From an uncultured delta proteobacterium (GTDB lineage Bacteria > Myxococcota_A > Polyangia > Polyangiales > Polyangiaceae): a stretch of DNA of 57,938 bases. The notes below the pieces were generated by a model. It saw nothing but the letters and a program-made list of their open reading frames with translations. It was not told the DNA's origin and made no database searches. The position numbers and the translations under genes are program-made. Below are positions 1-9,284 of the stretch, piece by piece. The first letter of the stretch is position 1. Each line of letters opens with the position of its first letter. The stretch spans positions 1-57,938 of the forward strand of contig CAVQUB010000028.1 in NCBI GenBank assembly GCA_963716725.1, given 5' to 3'.

Positions 1-2
1 CT

Positions 3-1079
3 TTGTTCGGAGCGCCCGAGGCCGCCAGCGCCAACAACGACGCTTGGGCAACGCGACTCGCCGCGGCCGACGGGAAGCCGGTGTGGAGTCGTCGCTACGG
101 CGACGATTCGTTCCAGACCGCTCACGCATCCACGGGCTTGGCGCTGGCCGGCGTCGCTGGCGGCACCACGGATTTCGGTGGCGGCGTGTCGCTGAGCAGC
201 GCCGCGTCGCCGTCCCCCGCCGCGCCCACCTTCGTCGCGGCGATCGACGAAACCGGGGGCGCGACCTTCGCGCGCGTCGTGGGAGGAGCGCTGAGCAACG
301 CTGCCATCGCGGGTGACGGCAGCGGCGGCGCGCTGGTCGGGGTGAACGCGGCAGGCCAAGTCGACTTGGGACAAGGTCCCCTCGAAGTCGGCCTCAACCA
401 GGCCGTCGTCGCGCGCTTCGATGCGAGCGGCGCGCCGCTGTTCGTGCGTGTGCTCTCCGCCTCGGGCCTGGGTCAGGTGCGCGTGAAGGCGGTGGGCATG
501 GCGGCGGCCGAGACCAGTGTCGTGCTCGGCTTCGTCAAGGGCTCGGCAACCCTCGACGGCGAGAGCGTGGGACCGAGCTCGGACGCCGGAGCCCCTTTCG
601 TCGCACGCATCGGTCCTTCCGGTGACTATCTGGGCGCGGCAGTGCTCGACACCTCCTGCGAGTTCGAGCAGCTTGCCGTGCGCGGAACGCACGCGCTCGC
701 GACCGGGCGCTGTCCCGGCCTGAGCCTGTTCGCTTTCGAGTCCGATGGAACTGGGTCGTGGCAGCGCGAGCTCGGCGCCGCCAGCGCTGCGGTCGCGCTG
801 ACGGAAGCCGGTGACGTGTACCTGGCCGGGGGGTTCCGCGACACGCTCGTGCTCGGCGACAAAACGCTGGTCAGCGCGGGCGGCCTCGACGCCTTCATCG
901 CCCGATTGCACGGCGATGGAACGCCGGTTTGGGCCCTGCGGTTTGGTGACTCCTGGGACCAAGCGCTCGGCGGGATCGCGCTGGGCAGCGACCTGTTCGT
1001 GGCCGGCAGCGCGCTCACCCCACCCGGTCCTGCAACCTTCGACCTGGAGACGGTGACGCGGATCGCCGTGGCGAACTGA
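3..1079 (+). CDS. Beta-propeller repeat protein of the myxobacterial SBBP-like type, 5' partial
   Basis: ORF is open from the window edge; repeated units such as GDVYLAGGF, SAGGLDAFIARL and WALRFGD. Confidence 0.6.
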   Translation: MFGAPEAASANNDAWATRLAAADGKPVWSRRYGDDSFQTAHASTGLALAGVAGGTTDFGGGVSLSSAASPSPAAPTFVAAIDETGGATFARVVGGALSNAAIAGDGSGGALVGVNAAGQVDLGQGPLEVGLNQAVVARFDASGAPLFVRVLSASGLGQVRVKAVGMAAAETSVVLGFVKGSATLDGESVGPSSDAGAPFVARIGPSGDYLGAAVLDTSCEFEQLAVRGTHALATGRCPGLSLFAFESDGTGSWQRELGAASAAVALTEAGDVYLAGGFRDTLVLGDKTLVSAGGLDAFIARLHGDGTPVWALRFGDSWDQALGGIALGSDLFVAGSALTPPGPATFDLETVTRIAVAN

Positions 1080-1194
1080 GCATCGAACCGAGCGCGCTGG
1101 CGGACGCGCCACTAGCCAGGGAGACTCCACGGATTCCTACCGATTCCTGCCGAACTTACGGCACGATCATCGGAACGTTCGCAAGCGAGGACCC

Positions 1195-2355
1195 ATGACA
1201 GCACGCATCACCAGGAACCGGCTGCGCAGCCCCTTGCTCGGGGGCGCCCCCGATCCGAGCTTGGCGGCATTTCATCACCGGATGCCCGCTTACGCACCGA
1301 CGCTGCTCTTCAACGCACCGACACTTGCCGAGCGGCTCGGCCTCGGCAGACTCGTGATCAAAGCCGAGACCCAGCGAATGGGCTTGCCGTCGTTCAAGAT
1401 CCTCGGCGCGTCCTGGGCCACTTACCGGGCGCTCTCTGACCACCTCGGGAGCGAACCCGAACCCTGGCACAACATCAACGAGCTCGCCGCCAACCTCGCC
1501 CACCTACGCCCCTTCGATCTCGCTGCGGCCACGGACGGCAATCACGGACGCGCCGTCGCGTTCATGGCTCGACTCCTGGGCTTCGGTTGTCACATCTTCG
1601 TGCCGGCCGGGATGGTGCAGTCGCGGATCGAGGCCATCCGTCGTGAGGGAGCGTCGGTGACGATCGTCGACGGCAGCTACGACGATGCGGTCACCCAGTC
1701 GGCCGCAATGGCATCCGACCGCTGTCTCGTCGTGTCGGATACATCCTGGGAAGGCTACGAAGACACGCCGAGCCGCGTGATCGAGGGATACGGCACGATC
1801 TTCCGAGAGATCGACGACGCTCTCGACGCCTCCGGGATGGAGCGACCGGACGCCGCAGTGCTGCCGATGGGAGTCGGGGCGTTCATGGCGGCCGGCGTCG
1901 CTCACTATCGGCGCGACGAACGCAGCCCGCTGATTGTCGGCGTCGAGCCCCTCGACGCGAACTGCATCCAGGAATCCGCCGAGGCGGGCGACATCACCGT
2001 GGTGCCCGGACCGCACAAATCGATCATGGTTGGTCTGAACTGTGGGACCCCGTCGTTGATCGCCTGGCCGCTCGTGTCGAAGGGTGTTGACTGGTTCACT
2101 GCGGTCGACGACGAGGCTGCCCGCACCGCGATGCGCGACCTCGCGTCGATCGGCATCGTCGCGGGCGAAACCGGGGCCGCTTCGCTGGCAGGGCTCGAGG
2201 CGCTGCTCGCCAGTGATGAATGGTCGGCCGAGGGTCGGGACCTCAGCGCCGCAACCGTGTTGATCGTCGTCACTGAAGGCGCCACCGATCCCGACGCATA
2301 CGAAGCGATCACCGGGCGCCCGCCCGAGGCGATCGGTCGAGTGATGACCGCGTGA
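1195..2355 (+). CDS. dpaL: Diaminopropionate ammonia-lyase (PLP-dependent, fold type II)
   Basis: GLPSFKILGASWA (PLP lysine), ATDGNHGRAVA, GSYDDAV, SDTSWEGY, SIMVGLNCG, GETGAA; GAGG RBS before the ATG. Confidence 0.85.
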   Translation: MTARITRNRLRSPLLGGAPDPSLAAFHHRMPAYAPTLLFNAPTLAERLGLGRLVIKAETQRMGLPSFKILGASWATYRALSDHLGSEPEPWHNINELAANLAHLRPFDLAAATDGNHGRAVAFMARLLGFGCHIFVPAGMVQSRIEAIRREGASVTIVDGSYDDAVTQSAAMASDRCLVVSDTSWEGYEDTPSRVIEGYGTIFREIDDALDASGMERPDAAVLPMGVGAFMAAGVAHYRRDERSPLIVGVEPLDANCIQESAEAGDITVVPGPHKSIMVGLNCGTPSLIAWPLVSKGVDWFTAVDDEAARTAMRDLASIGIVAGETGAASLAGLEALLASDEWSAEGRDLSAATVLIVVTEGATDPDAYEAITGRPPEAIGRVMTA

Positions 2356-2514
2356 TCGACCGACCACTGTTTCCCCGGGGCTTCCAGGATCTCGGGCTCG
2401 GCGCGCTCGCGCCGCTCCACGCCGCGTTGCCCGACTTGGTGCGCGTCGCCGACGACGGGGCGCAAGGTGGGCCACGGGGTGGGCCACGGAAGCGGAACCA
2501 GCGAGAAAACAGGG
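2352..2514 (+). mobile_element. Probable remnant of an integrase 3' end and att region abutting the tRNA-Glu 3' end
   Basis: A short ORF (..QDLGLGALAPLHAALPDL..GPRGGPRK..ASPTGFEP) reads into the antisense tRNA; perfect 12-bp tandem repeat GGTGGGCCACGG at 2466-2489. The integrase resemblance is from recall, not a search. Confidence 0.4.
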
Positions 2515-2589
2515 CGTCCCCAACGGGATTCGAACCCGTGTTACAGCCTTGAAAGGGCCGTGTCCTGGGCCGGGCTAGACGATGGGGAC
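2515..2589 (-). tRNA. tRNA-Glu (anticodon TTC), CCA not encoded
   Basis: Reverse complement GTCCCCATCGTCTAGCCCGGCCCAGGACACGGCCCTTTCAAGGCTGTAACACGGGTTCGAATCCCGTTGGGGACG: 7-bp acceptor stem, anticodon arm CGGCC-CTTTCAA-GGCTG, T-loop GTTCGAATC. Confidence 0.97.
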
Positions 2590-2603
2590 CGGCAGGGTCG
2601 CCT

Positions 2604-2632
2604 CACTTAGCAAAAACCCGAGCGAACGACAA
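2604..2632 (-). promoter_or_regulatory. Sigma70-type promoter for tRNA-Glu
   Basis: TTGTCG-N17-TAAGTG with an extended TGc, 14 nt upstream of the tRNA 5' end. Confidence 0.5.
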
Positions 2633-3991
2633 TCAGGGTCTTGCTTCAAGGGCCCAAAGTGCCCCGCGCCGCTGATCACCCACGAAAATACGGCCGTCAA
2701 ACGCCGCCAGGGGGGCCGCGCAGTAGCCGTCGTCGATGGCGAAGGGAGACTTCTTCTCTTCGACCCGAGCCAGCACCGCGAGGCCTTTCGGCGTGAGCTC
2801 GAGCAAAGCCCGCTCCGCCATCACGAGCAGTCGCTCGCCCACCCGCAGCACGTCCGTCGGGCGCCCGGCGTCCGGGGGCAGCGTGACGAGGTCCCACCGC
2901 TCGCCGTCGGCGGTCACGCGCAGCTGACCGCCGTCGCCGCCGATGGTGATCCAGTAGAGCCGACCGCGATCGGCGTACCAGCGCAGGGTGTGCGCCCCGC
3001 CGGAGTCCGTCACCTGCACGGCGCGGGCGTGCTCGGGGGCGAGGGTGGTTGCGTCCTTGGGTGGTGCGACCACCAGGTAGTCGTGGCGATCGATGCCGAA
3101 GAGCGGGCTCACCGCGACGTAGAGGCGATCCTTGAAGCGGGTCATGTAGCCGAGGCGCACCGCGCTCTCGCCGCCTGCTCCCTCGTAGGCGTGGGCCACC
3201 TGCCAGCGATCGGGCTTGTCCCCCTCGACGAACAGGACGCCGGGGGATCGCGTCGCGGTGGCTTTGGGCGGCACCACTGCGCCGCTGGAAGCGTAGAGTT
3301 TGCCGCGAAAGCGGATCACGTCGAAGACGTGGATCGCGCCCGGCAGCAGGATGGTGCCGCCGCGCTCGGCGGTGGGCGCGCGGGGCGGTCGGTGACCGGG
3401 ACGCCCGACGCGCTCGAAGCGACCCGTGGGGTCGCTGCTGAACACGTAGCCCTCGACGCCGAAGGCGACGCCGAGGCCGAGGTAGGGAGGATCGGCGTCC
3501 GGGACGTAGATCCGACCGCCGATGTCGCGCAGGCGAAGAAAGCCCTGCCCACCCGCGCCGCCGGTCTCCGGCTCGCCGGGGCGATTCCAATCGAAGAGCA
3601 GCGCGAACGCCTCCTTCTGTTTCGGATCGTAGCGCGTCACCGTGGCGCCCGTGTATCCGAGGGGCGCGGTGGCGTGCGCCATCAACAACGTGCCGCTGCG
3701 GACCGCGAAGTCACAGACGCGATGCAGCGCGGACCAGTGCCGTCCGACCTTGGCGAAGCGCGGACGCTCCGGCAAGACGATCGCCGGCTCGGCGACCTCG
3801 TCATTGCCGTCGGGATCGATCTGGGGTGGGGCCGGCGGGGCGGTGGGCGCCGGCGGGGGAGACGACGCGGTGGCCGCAGGCCGAGCGCTCGGTGTCGCAG
3901 CGGGTGGCGGGCGGGCCGCCGTCGGCGTCGGGGCTGGTGGCGCCGCGCATGCGTGGAGCGCGAACGCCAGGAGTGATGCGGTGCGGCTCAC
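2633..3991 (-). CDS. Hypothetical lipoprotein with Pro-rich linker and probable beta-propeller
   Basis: Lipobox-like LHAC, Pro/Ala linker, repeated GKLYAS/DRLYVA/GRLYWI/GRIFVG strands. Confidence 0.65.
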   Translation of the reverse strand: MSRTASLLAFALHACAAPPAPTPTAARPPPAATPSARPAATASSPPPAPTAPPAPPQIDPDGNDEVAEPAIVLPERPRFAKVGRHWSALHRVCDFAVRSGTLLMAHATAPLGYTGATVTRYDPKQKEAFALLFDWNRPGEPETGGAGGQGFLRLRDIGGRIYVPDADPPYLGLGVAFGVEGYVFSSDPTGRFERVGRPGHRPPRAPTAERGGTILLPGAIHVFDVIRFRGKLYASSGAVVPPKATATRSPGVLFVEGDKPDRWQVAHAYEGAGGESAVRLGYMTRFKDRLYVAVSPLFGIDRHDYLVVAPPKDATTLAPEHARAVQVTDSGGAHTLRWYADRGRLYWITIGGDGGQLRVTADGERWDLVTLPPDAGRPTDVLRVGERLLVMAERALLELTPKGLAVLARVEEKKSPFAIDDGYCAAPLAAFDGRIFVGDQRRGALWALEARP

Positions 3992-4052
3992 GGGTGGCGA
4001 GCATAGCCCGCAGCCGACGGGATGGCGCGCTGGGTCGAATCAGCTTCGAGGC

Positions 4053-4295
4053 TCAGCCAGGCCTGGCAGCGCGCGCCTTGGCGGCGCGCCGGAGCGTGAC
4101 CATGACGCCCAAGAACCCCGCCCCCGCGCCGATGGCCGCCGTGGGGATCCCAATGCCCAGCGCCTCGCGCAGAAACACGACGGGGAGCGCCACGACGAAT
4201 TGCGCAACGAAGAAGATCACCAGCGCGTGCCAAAACGGAAGCGGGTGCCAGAACTTCCACGCGGGCGGGGGCCCAACCTCGGCATCGTTCCCCAT
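4053..4295 (-). CDS. Small membrane protein (2 TM)
   Basis: 80 aa with two hydrophobic helices; TGn-TAGGGT 6 nt upstream of the ATG. Confidence 0.6.
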   Translation of the reverse strand: MGNDAEVGPPPAWKFWHPLPFWHALVIFFVAQFVVALPVVFLREALGIGIPTAAIGAGAGFLGVMVTLRRAAKARAARPG

Positions 4296-4363
4296 CGCTG
4301 CACCCTATCACGGCCTCGCCAAAAACTCGGCCAACCCCGTTCCCCTGACTAGGGTCGGTCGGG

Positions 4364-5287
4364 TTGTTCCGCCGGTCGTCCATCGCCCTGCTGCTCGTCT
4401 TCGGCTCCGCCTGCGCGTCGACCGATGACGGCGCGCCGCCGCCCGCGGCGAAGAGCGCGCCCGCCGTCCCGAAGCGCGTCAAGAAGCGCACGAAGGCTGC
4501 GCCGCGCGCCGTCCCTCGGCCAGCCGCCTCCGTCGCGCCCAAGACCGAGCCCGCCGCGCCCGCCTGTCCCGAGGGCATGGGGCTGGTCGAAGGCGATCAC
4601 TGCCGGGCCGTGGAGCAGCGCTGCATCGAGCAGCACGGCGCCTCCGATGGCGGGATCGACGAGAACCGTTGCGCCAAATTCGAGGAGTCGAAGTGCACCA
4701 GCACCGCCGCCGAGCCGCGCAAGCTGCGCTTCTGCATGGATCGCTACGAGTATCCGAACAAGGTCGGCGAATTGCCGATGACGCTCGTGAGCTGGACCGA
4801 CGCCCAGCGGGTCTGTGAATCTCAGGGTAAGCGACTGTGCACCGAGAGCGAGTTCACCTTCGCTTGCGAGGGCGAGAAGATGCTGCCCCACGCCTACGGC
4901 TACGAGCGTGATGCCACCAAGTGCAACATCGACAAGCCCTACCTGACGCCGAAGACGCATCTCATCCCCTACGAGCAGTGCCTCGCGAACCCGAGCTGCG
5001 CCGCGGAGTACGCTCGCGTCGATGGCCGCGAACCCATCGGAGCTCGCCCCGACTGCGTATCGCCCTTCGGCATCTACGATCTGAACGGCAACGCCAACGA
5101 GTGGGTCAGCCAACCCTGGAAGAACGCGCCGCACCGCTCCGGAATCAAAGGCGGTTGGTGGGGCCCGGTCCGCAACCGCTGCCGACCCATCACCCTCAGC
5201 CACGGTGAGAGCTACCTCGGATACGAGGTCGGCTTTCGCTGCTGCCAAGACGCGCCCAAAAGCCCGGCCGCCGCCCCGGCTCGCTGA
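4364..5287 (+). CDS. FGE-sulfatase (SUMF1/EgtB/PvdO) domain lipoprotein
   Basis: Lipobox GSAC; FCMDRYEYPN, KRLCTESE, SPFGIYDLNGNANEWV, GFRCC. Confidence 0.85.
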   Translation: MFRRSSIALLLVFGSACASTDDGAPPPAAKSAPAVPKRVKKRTKAAPRAVPRPAASVAPKTEPAAPACPEGMGLVEGDHCRAVEQRCIEQHGASDGGIDENRCAKFEESKCTSTAAEPRKLRFCMDRYEYPNKVGELPMTLVSWTDAQRVCESQGKRLCTESEFTFACEGEKMLPHAYGYERDATKCNIDKPYLTPKTHLIPYEQCLANPSCAAEYARVDGREPIGARPDCVSPFGIYDLNGNANEWVSQPWKNAPHRSGIKGGWWGPVRNRCRPITLSHGESYLGYEVGFRCCQDAPKSPAAAPAR

Positions 5288-5356
5288 TCGGTCTGCGCAA
5301 ACGGTGGCATCATCGGCGCCACCCGTGCGCCGTCTGCGAGGTCGTGCGACGCCGCA

Positions 5357-6418
5357 TCAAGGCTTGAGGGGGGAAAGCCCTCCGCGCGCGAAGAAGTACG
5401 CTCCGAGCGCCAGCTCCAAGTATCCGTGGAACATCGCCAGCGACAGATACAGGTTGCGCGCGCCGTGCAGGTCGAAGCAGGCCGCGATGGGGACCAGGAC
5501 CATGGTGCCCAGCGCGATCCAGAGACCGAAGCGGCCCAGCTCGCGAGTCATCGACCTCACGGCCATGCGCCAGGTCGCGGTGCCTTGCCCACGTACGTCT
5601 TCTTGCGGCAGGACCAGGAGCCAGGTCGAGTAGTGCACGGACTGCAAGAAGGTGAAGCTCAGGGTGAGCCCTGCGGCTTCGCGCAGGGGCAGCCCCGGAG
5701 CGAGCCCGTCCGCCGCCTCGAGCACGTGCAGACCCATCAGATCGAGGCTGCCGAAGCGCTCGGTCCAGAAGTAGCTCTCGCCGCTCAGGAGCAGCGCCGC
5801 CAGCGCGCAGATCAGCGCGAGTGGCAGCAGCACCGCCCGCAGGCGACCGCGGAACAGGAACAGCCAGAGCAGTAGGGCGATCAGGTTGTGCACGTGCGCG
5901 AAGGCGACGCGCACGGCGAAGGGATCGACCTGAGCCCAGATGCCCAGCGCGATGACCGCCACGGCTCCGACGAGGATCCGCCCGATCCGGCGCGACGCCA
6001 GGCCGCCCGCCATCAGCGCAGCGCCCATCCAGAGCGTCACCACCCCGAGCTCGAGCCGGCTCCCGATCGAGAAGGGGAGGCCAAACTCTGACGCCGCTCT
6101 GAGCAGGATCAGCGTGGCGCAGGCCAGGGCGATCACCGCCAGCCAGCCCCGGCCGAGCCCCCGGCGCAGCACCAAGAAGCGCAGATCGGCGATCACGTGG
6201 GCGACGCCGAGAAACACCGGGCCCACGGCCAGGAGCAGGGTTGGGGTCAGGACCGTCAGCGAAAACGCCACCAACGCGTGCAGGGTGGCCGTCAGCGCGA
6301 CTCGGCGGTCCCGCAGCGTGATCATCGCCGCCAGCGGTCGAATGCCGAAGGCGAGCCGGTACATCCCGGTTCGCAGGGTGTCGAGGGGCAGAGCCGCGCG
6401 CTCGATGAGAGTCGTCAC
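5357..6418 (-). CDS. Multi-pass membrane protein of unknown function with His motifs
   Basis: Many TM segments; GVAHVIAD, HVHN, QSVHY, FHGYLE. Start reassigned to GTG 6418 because the longer ORF overlaps the divergent MBL gene. Confidence 0.6.
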   Translation of the reverse strand: MTTLIERAALPLDTLRTGMYRLAFGIRPLAAMITLRDRRVALTATLHALVAFSLTVLTPTLLLAVGPVFLGVAHVIADLRFLVLRRGLGRGWLAVIALACATLILLRAASEFGLPFSIGSRLELGVVTLWMGAALMAGGLASRRIGRILVGAVAVIALGIWAQVDPFAVRVAFAHVHNLIALLLWLFLFRGRLRAVLLPLALICALAALLLSGESYFWTERFGSLDLMGLHVLEAADGLAPGLPLREAAGLTLSFTFLQSVHYSTWLLVLPQEDVRGQGTATWRMAVRSMTRELGRFGLWIALGTMVLVPIAACFDLHGARNLYLSLAMFHGYLELALGAYFFARGGLSPLKP

Positions 6419-6478
6419 GATGAACCGGGTCGGCGAGCAGCTTAACACGCGACGAGCTCCATGCTCTGCTGCGCCGCC

Positions 6479-7165
6479 ATGGCCACCTTCTATCTTCGAC
6501 AGTTGCTCGTCGGTCGTGACGTGGGCAAGACCAGCTCGGTCGGTCGGCAGATGCAGAACTTCGTCTATCTGGTCGGTGATCGTGACGCCGGCGAGTGCAT
6601 CGCCGTCGATCCGGCCTGGGACGTGAAAGGTGTGCTCGACGTGGCGAGCGCCGACGGCATGAAGTTGGTCGGCGCCTTCGCGACGCACTACCACCCCGAC
6701 CACGTCGGCGGAGGGCTCTTCGGCTTCGGCGTGCAGGGCCTGCCGGATCTGCTCGAGCTCGAGAGCTGCCCGGTGCACACGCATCGGCTCGAGGCCGATG
6801 GCCTGCGCAAGGTCACCGGAATTTCGAAGGGCGACATGACGCTCCACGACTCGGGCGACAAGATCCGGGTCGGCGAGATCGAGATCGAGTGGCTGCACAC
6901 GCCTGGGCACACCCCGGGTTCGTCGTGCTTTCGGGTCAAAGACGCCCTGATCGCCGGCGACACGCTGTTCTTGCAGGGCTGCGGTCGGGTCGATCTGCCC
7001 GGCGGTGATCCCGACGAGATGCGCCGGACACTGACCGAGCGCCTCGCGACGCTGCCCGATCAGGTCGTGCTCTATCCCGGGCACGCGTACGGCGGCGAGC
7101 ACGCGCCGCTGGGTGAGGTGCGGCGGACGAACCCGCACTTTCCGCCGCCGCCGACCGAGGACTGA
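6479..7165 (+). CDS. MBL-fold metallo-hydrolase (glyoxalase II-like)
   Basis: THYHPDH (HxHxDH), HTPGHTPG, GDTLF, YPGH. Confidence 0.88.
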   Translation: MATFYLRQLLVGRDVGKTSSVGRQMQNFVYLVGDRDAGECIAVDPAWDVKGVLDVASADGMKLVGAFATHYHPDHVGGGLFGFGVQGLPDLLELESCPVHTHRLEADGLRKVTGISKGDMTLHDSGDKIRVGEIEIEWLHTPGHTPGSSCFRVKDALIAGDTLFLQGCGRVDLPGGDPDEMRRTLTERLATLPDQVVLYPGHAYGGEHAPLGEVRRTNPHFPPPPTED

Positions 7166-7966
7166 CTACTCGAAGCGAGTGCGCGCCACGTCGAGGCGCG
7201 GGTGCGCGGGGAAGGCGAGGGAACGCACTCGCCTCGCGACGCAGCGTTCGCTGCCGGGAGCGCGCGGCGACATGCGCACGGTAACCCCGAGCGCTCGCCC
7301 GTTCTGCACCGCGGCGCATACGTCGACGCGAGTGCCTTCGGGCACTCCGCAGGCCCCGAGGTAGCCGCCGCGGTTGAGCACGCGCGCGTAGTCCTCGGCA
7401 TGAAGATCGGCCGGGCCCCGCGGGCCACCAATCCGGATCTCGTCGTTCGCAGCGGCTGCCGCGGCTTCGCACGACAGCCCGTCGCTGGAACCCGGTCCGG
7501 CGGGCGGGGGGACCGGTGCGGGGGCTGGCGCGGGTGGCGGCGCCGGCGCGGGCGTCGGCTGCTGGAGCGCGGGCGCAGGTGCCGGCGCGTGCTCTGGCGC
7601 CGCGCGGGCCACGAGCTTCGGTGCCGGCTCGGCCGTGAGGGCGGGCGACGGGGCCCACGCTGGTGTCGGGTCGGGCTCGGGGCTCGACGGGGTGGGCTCG
7701 GCTGGCCGCATGGGCTCGGCAGTCGGCGCCGGTTTCGGCTCAACCGCGACGATGCGTGGCGTGTCGAGTGCGCGGGCTGGAGCCCGCGCGGGGCTTTGCT
7801 TCGCGCGGGCCGGCTCGGCTCCGGTCTCGAGCCACCGGTTGACCGGGATGGTGCCGGCGCTCACGCCCCACGCGACCGCCACGGCGGCGAGCCACGACAG
7901 CACGCCGACCGCGAGCACCGGCGAGCGCTGCGGGCGCGGCATCGGCGGCTCCTCGGGATCCGGCAT
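7166..7966 (-). CDS. Membrane-anchored Pro-rich protein with a small C-terminal globular domain (possibly TonB-C/AgmX-like)
   Basis: One TM, long PAPAP linker, Cys-containing C-terminal domain ending VRSLAFP; start uncertain. Confidence 0.55.
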   Translation of the reverse strand: MPDPEEPPMPRPQRSPVLAVGVLSWLAAVAVAWGVSAGTIPVNRWLETGAEPARAKQSPARAPARALDTPRIVAVEPKPAPTAEPMRPAEPTPSSPEPDPTPAWAPSPALTAEPAPKLVARAAPEHAPAPAPALQQPTPAPAPPPAPAPAPVPPPAGPGSSDGLSCEAAAAAANDEIRIGGPRGPADLHAEDYARVLNRGGYLGACGVPEGTRVDVCAAVQNGRALGVTVRMSPRAPGSERCVARRVRSLAFPAHPRLDVARTRFE

Positions 7967-8045
7967 GCGGACCCGGCGTTTGTACTCGAGCGGACGGGCC
8001 AAGGCGGGCCGGGTCGTAGCTGTTCTCCGCGAGGCCGTAAAGCGC

Positions 8046-9219
8046 TCAGCGCTGAACGCTCTTGCCGCCGCCGGCCGGGGGCAGTCGTCGCGGCGGGATG
8101 CGAACCGCGTCAGAGCGGCCGAGCTTGTCCTGCTTCGGGATCTTGAGCAGCTGTTTGAAGCGGATCTTGTTGTTTCGAAGACCGTTGGCGGCGCGGATCT
8201 CGGGCACGGTGGTGCCGTATTTCTTCGCGAGCATGCCCAGGGTCTCGGCGCGCTTCACGCGGTGGGTGACAAAGGCGGTGGCGGCGTTGGTGTAGCCCTT
8301 GGCCACCAGCGCTTGGTAGGCCCGCGCCGCGGTCTCTTGCGAAATCGGGTTGTGGAAGCGCACGTGCAGGTGCGTTGCGTGTCCTTTGGCGTGGAAGATC
8401 AGCGGGCGTCGCACACCGGGCACGCCCTTGAACAGGCCCTGGACCCAGGCCGGATCCTCGCCCACCGCCAGTGCGTGCTCGCTGAGCAGCACCTGCAGCG
8501 CGCGGTCGATCAGGATCAGCTCCACATCGGTGTCCGTGACCAGCGCTCGCACGAAAGCCCAGGTTCGCGCGCGATCGAGGTTGGTGTCGGTCGCGCGCCG
8601 GTACCACCGCGCCGAGTCGTCGTTGTAGAAGTAGCTCAGATCGACGTCGCGACCGGCCTGATGACTCACGTGGGGCCGGAGCGCGCCGCCGCGACGCGCG
8701 CTGATGTGCCCCACGTAGACGTCGTGGGAGTCGGGAAAGCGAGCGCGCACGGCGGTGATGGCGCGCACCAGGTAGTCGACGGTCTCCTGCGTCCCGTAGG
8801 CGTGGCCTGGATCCATCAGGGTCCAACCTTCACCTTTCGGCATCTGCACCCCGTTGATCAAGCCGCCGGCGCTGGGGCGTCCGAGGGAGATCGATCCGAG
8901 ACTGGTCGGGTCGCGAGCGAAGGCCTGGGCGATCTCCTTCGCGCTCTTGCCCTCCAGCGGGTGCGGCTTGCGCGGCTGCAGCTTCTAGTTCTGGAGCCCG
9001 GAGGTCCAACTCGAAGGGCTCTTCACCGTCGTCTGGCTCATCGTCGTGAGCCTGACCGTCGGTTGCGTGTTGGGGCAGCGCGGGGCCGGCGGTCGCAGGC
9101 GGCGATGTCGGGGCGGTCGGCGGATCGGCGGGAGGCGGCGCCCGTGGGGTCGCTCCAGGTGCCTTCGCGACACAGCCTGCGACCACCAGGGCCGCGACCA
9201 TCGGCAGAAGTCCGCGCAT
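8046..9219 (-). CDS. mepA: Penicillin-insensitive murein endopeptidase (MepA-like) with LysM, lipoprotein; frameshift near 8985
   Basis: SISLGRPSAGGLING, HVSHQAGRDVD, GHATHLHVRF and C-terminal LysM (HRVKRAETLGMLAKKYGTTV). The signal/lipobox (VAGC) lies in ORF 8830-9219 in another frame. Confidence 0.75.
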
Positions 9220-9284
9220 GGACGGCGGGAACGCTAGGCTATGGTTGGACCTCGTGCCAGCTTCCGCTGGTCGATCCTGAACCC

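Noticed and set aside
1..2514. Second att copy (duplicated tRNA 3' end) delimiting an island
   Set aside because: No repeat of the tRNA-Glu 3' end was seen in this stretch; any other boundary is outside the window or eroded.
4364..5287. FGE-like gene as the maturase for the two sulfatase-like genes
   Set aside because: It lacks the two-Cys active-site loop of true FGE, and the sulfatase-like proteins lack CxPxR; the genes are also 50 kb apart.
8985..8987. TAG in the mepA frame as pyrrolysine or readthrough
   Set aside because: The sequence upstream in that frame is not protein-like, while the lipoprotein signal lies in the neighbouring frame; a frameshift explains it.
7635..9284. N-terminal extension of the 757-aa ORF as part of the methyltransferase
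   Set aside because: It is antisense to mepA and the Pro-rich gene; the methyltransferase fold begins at ATG 9285.
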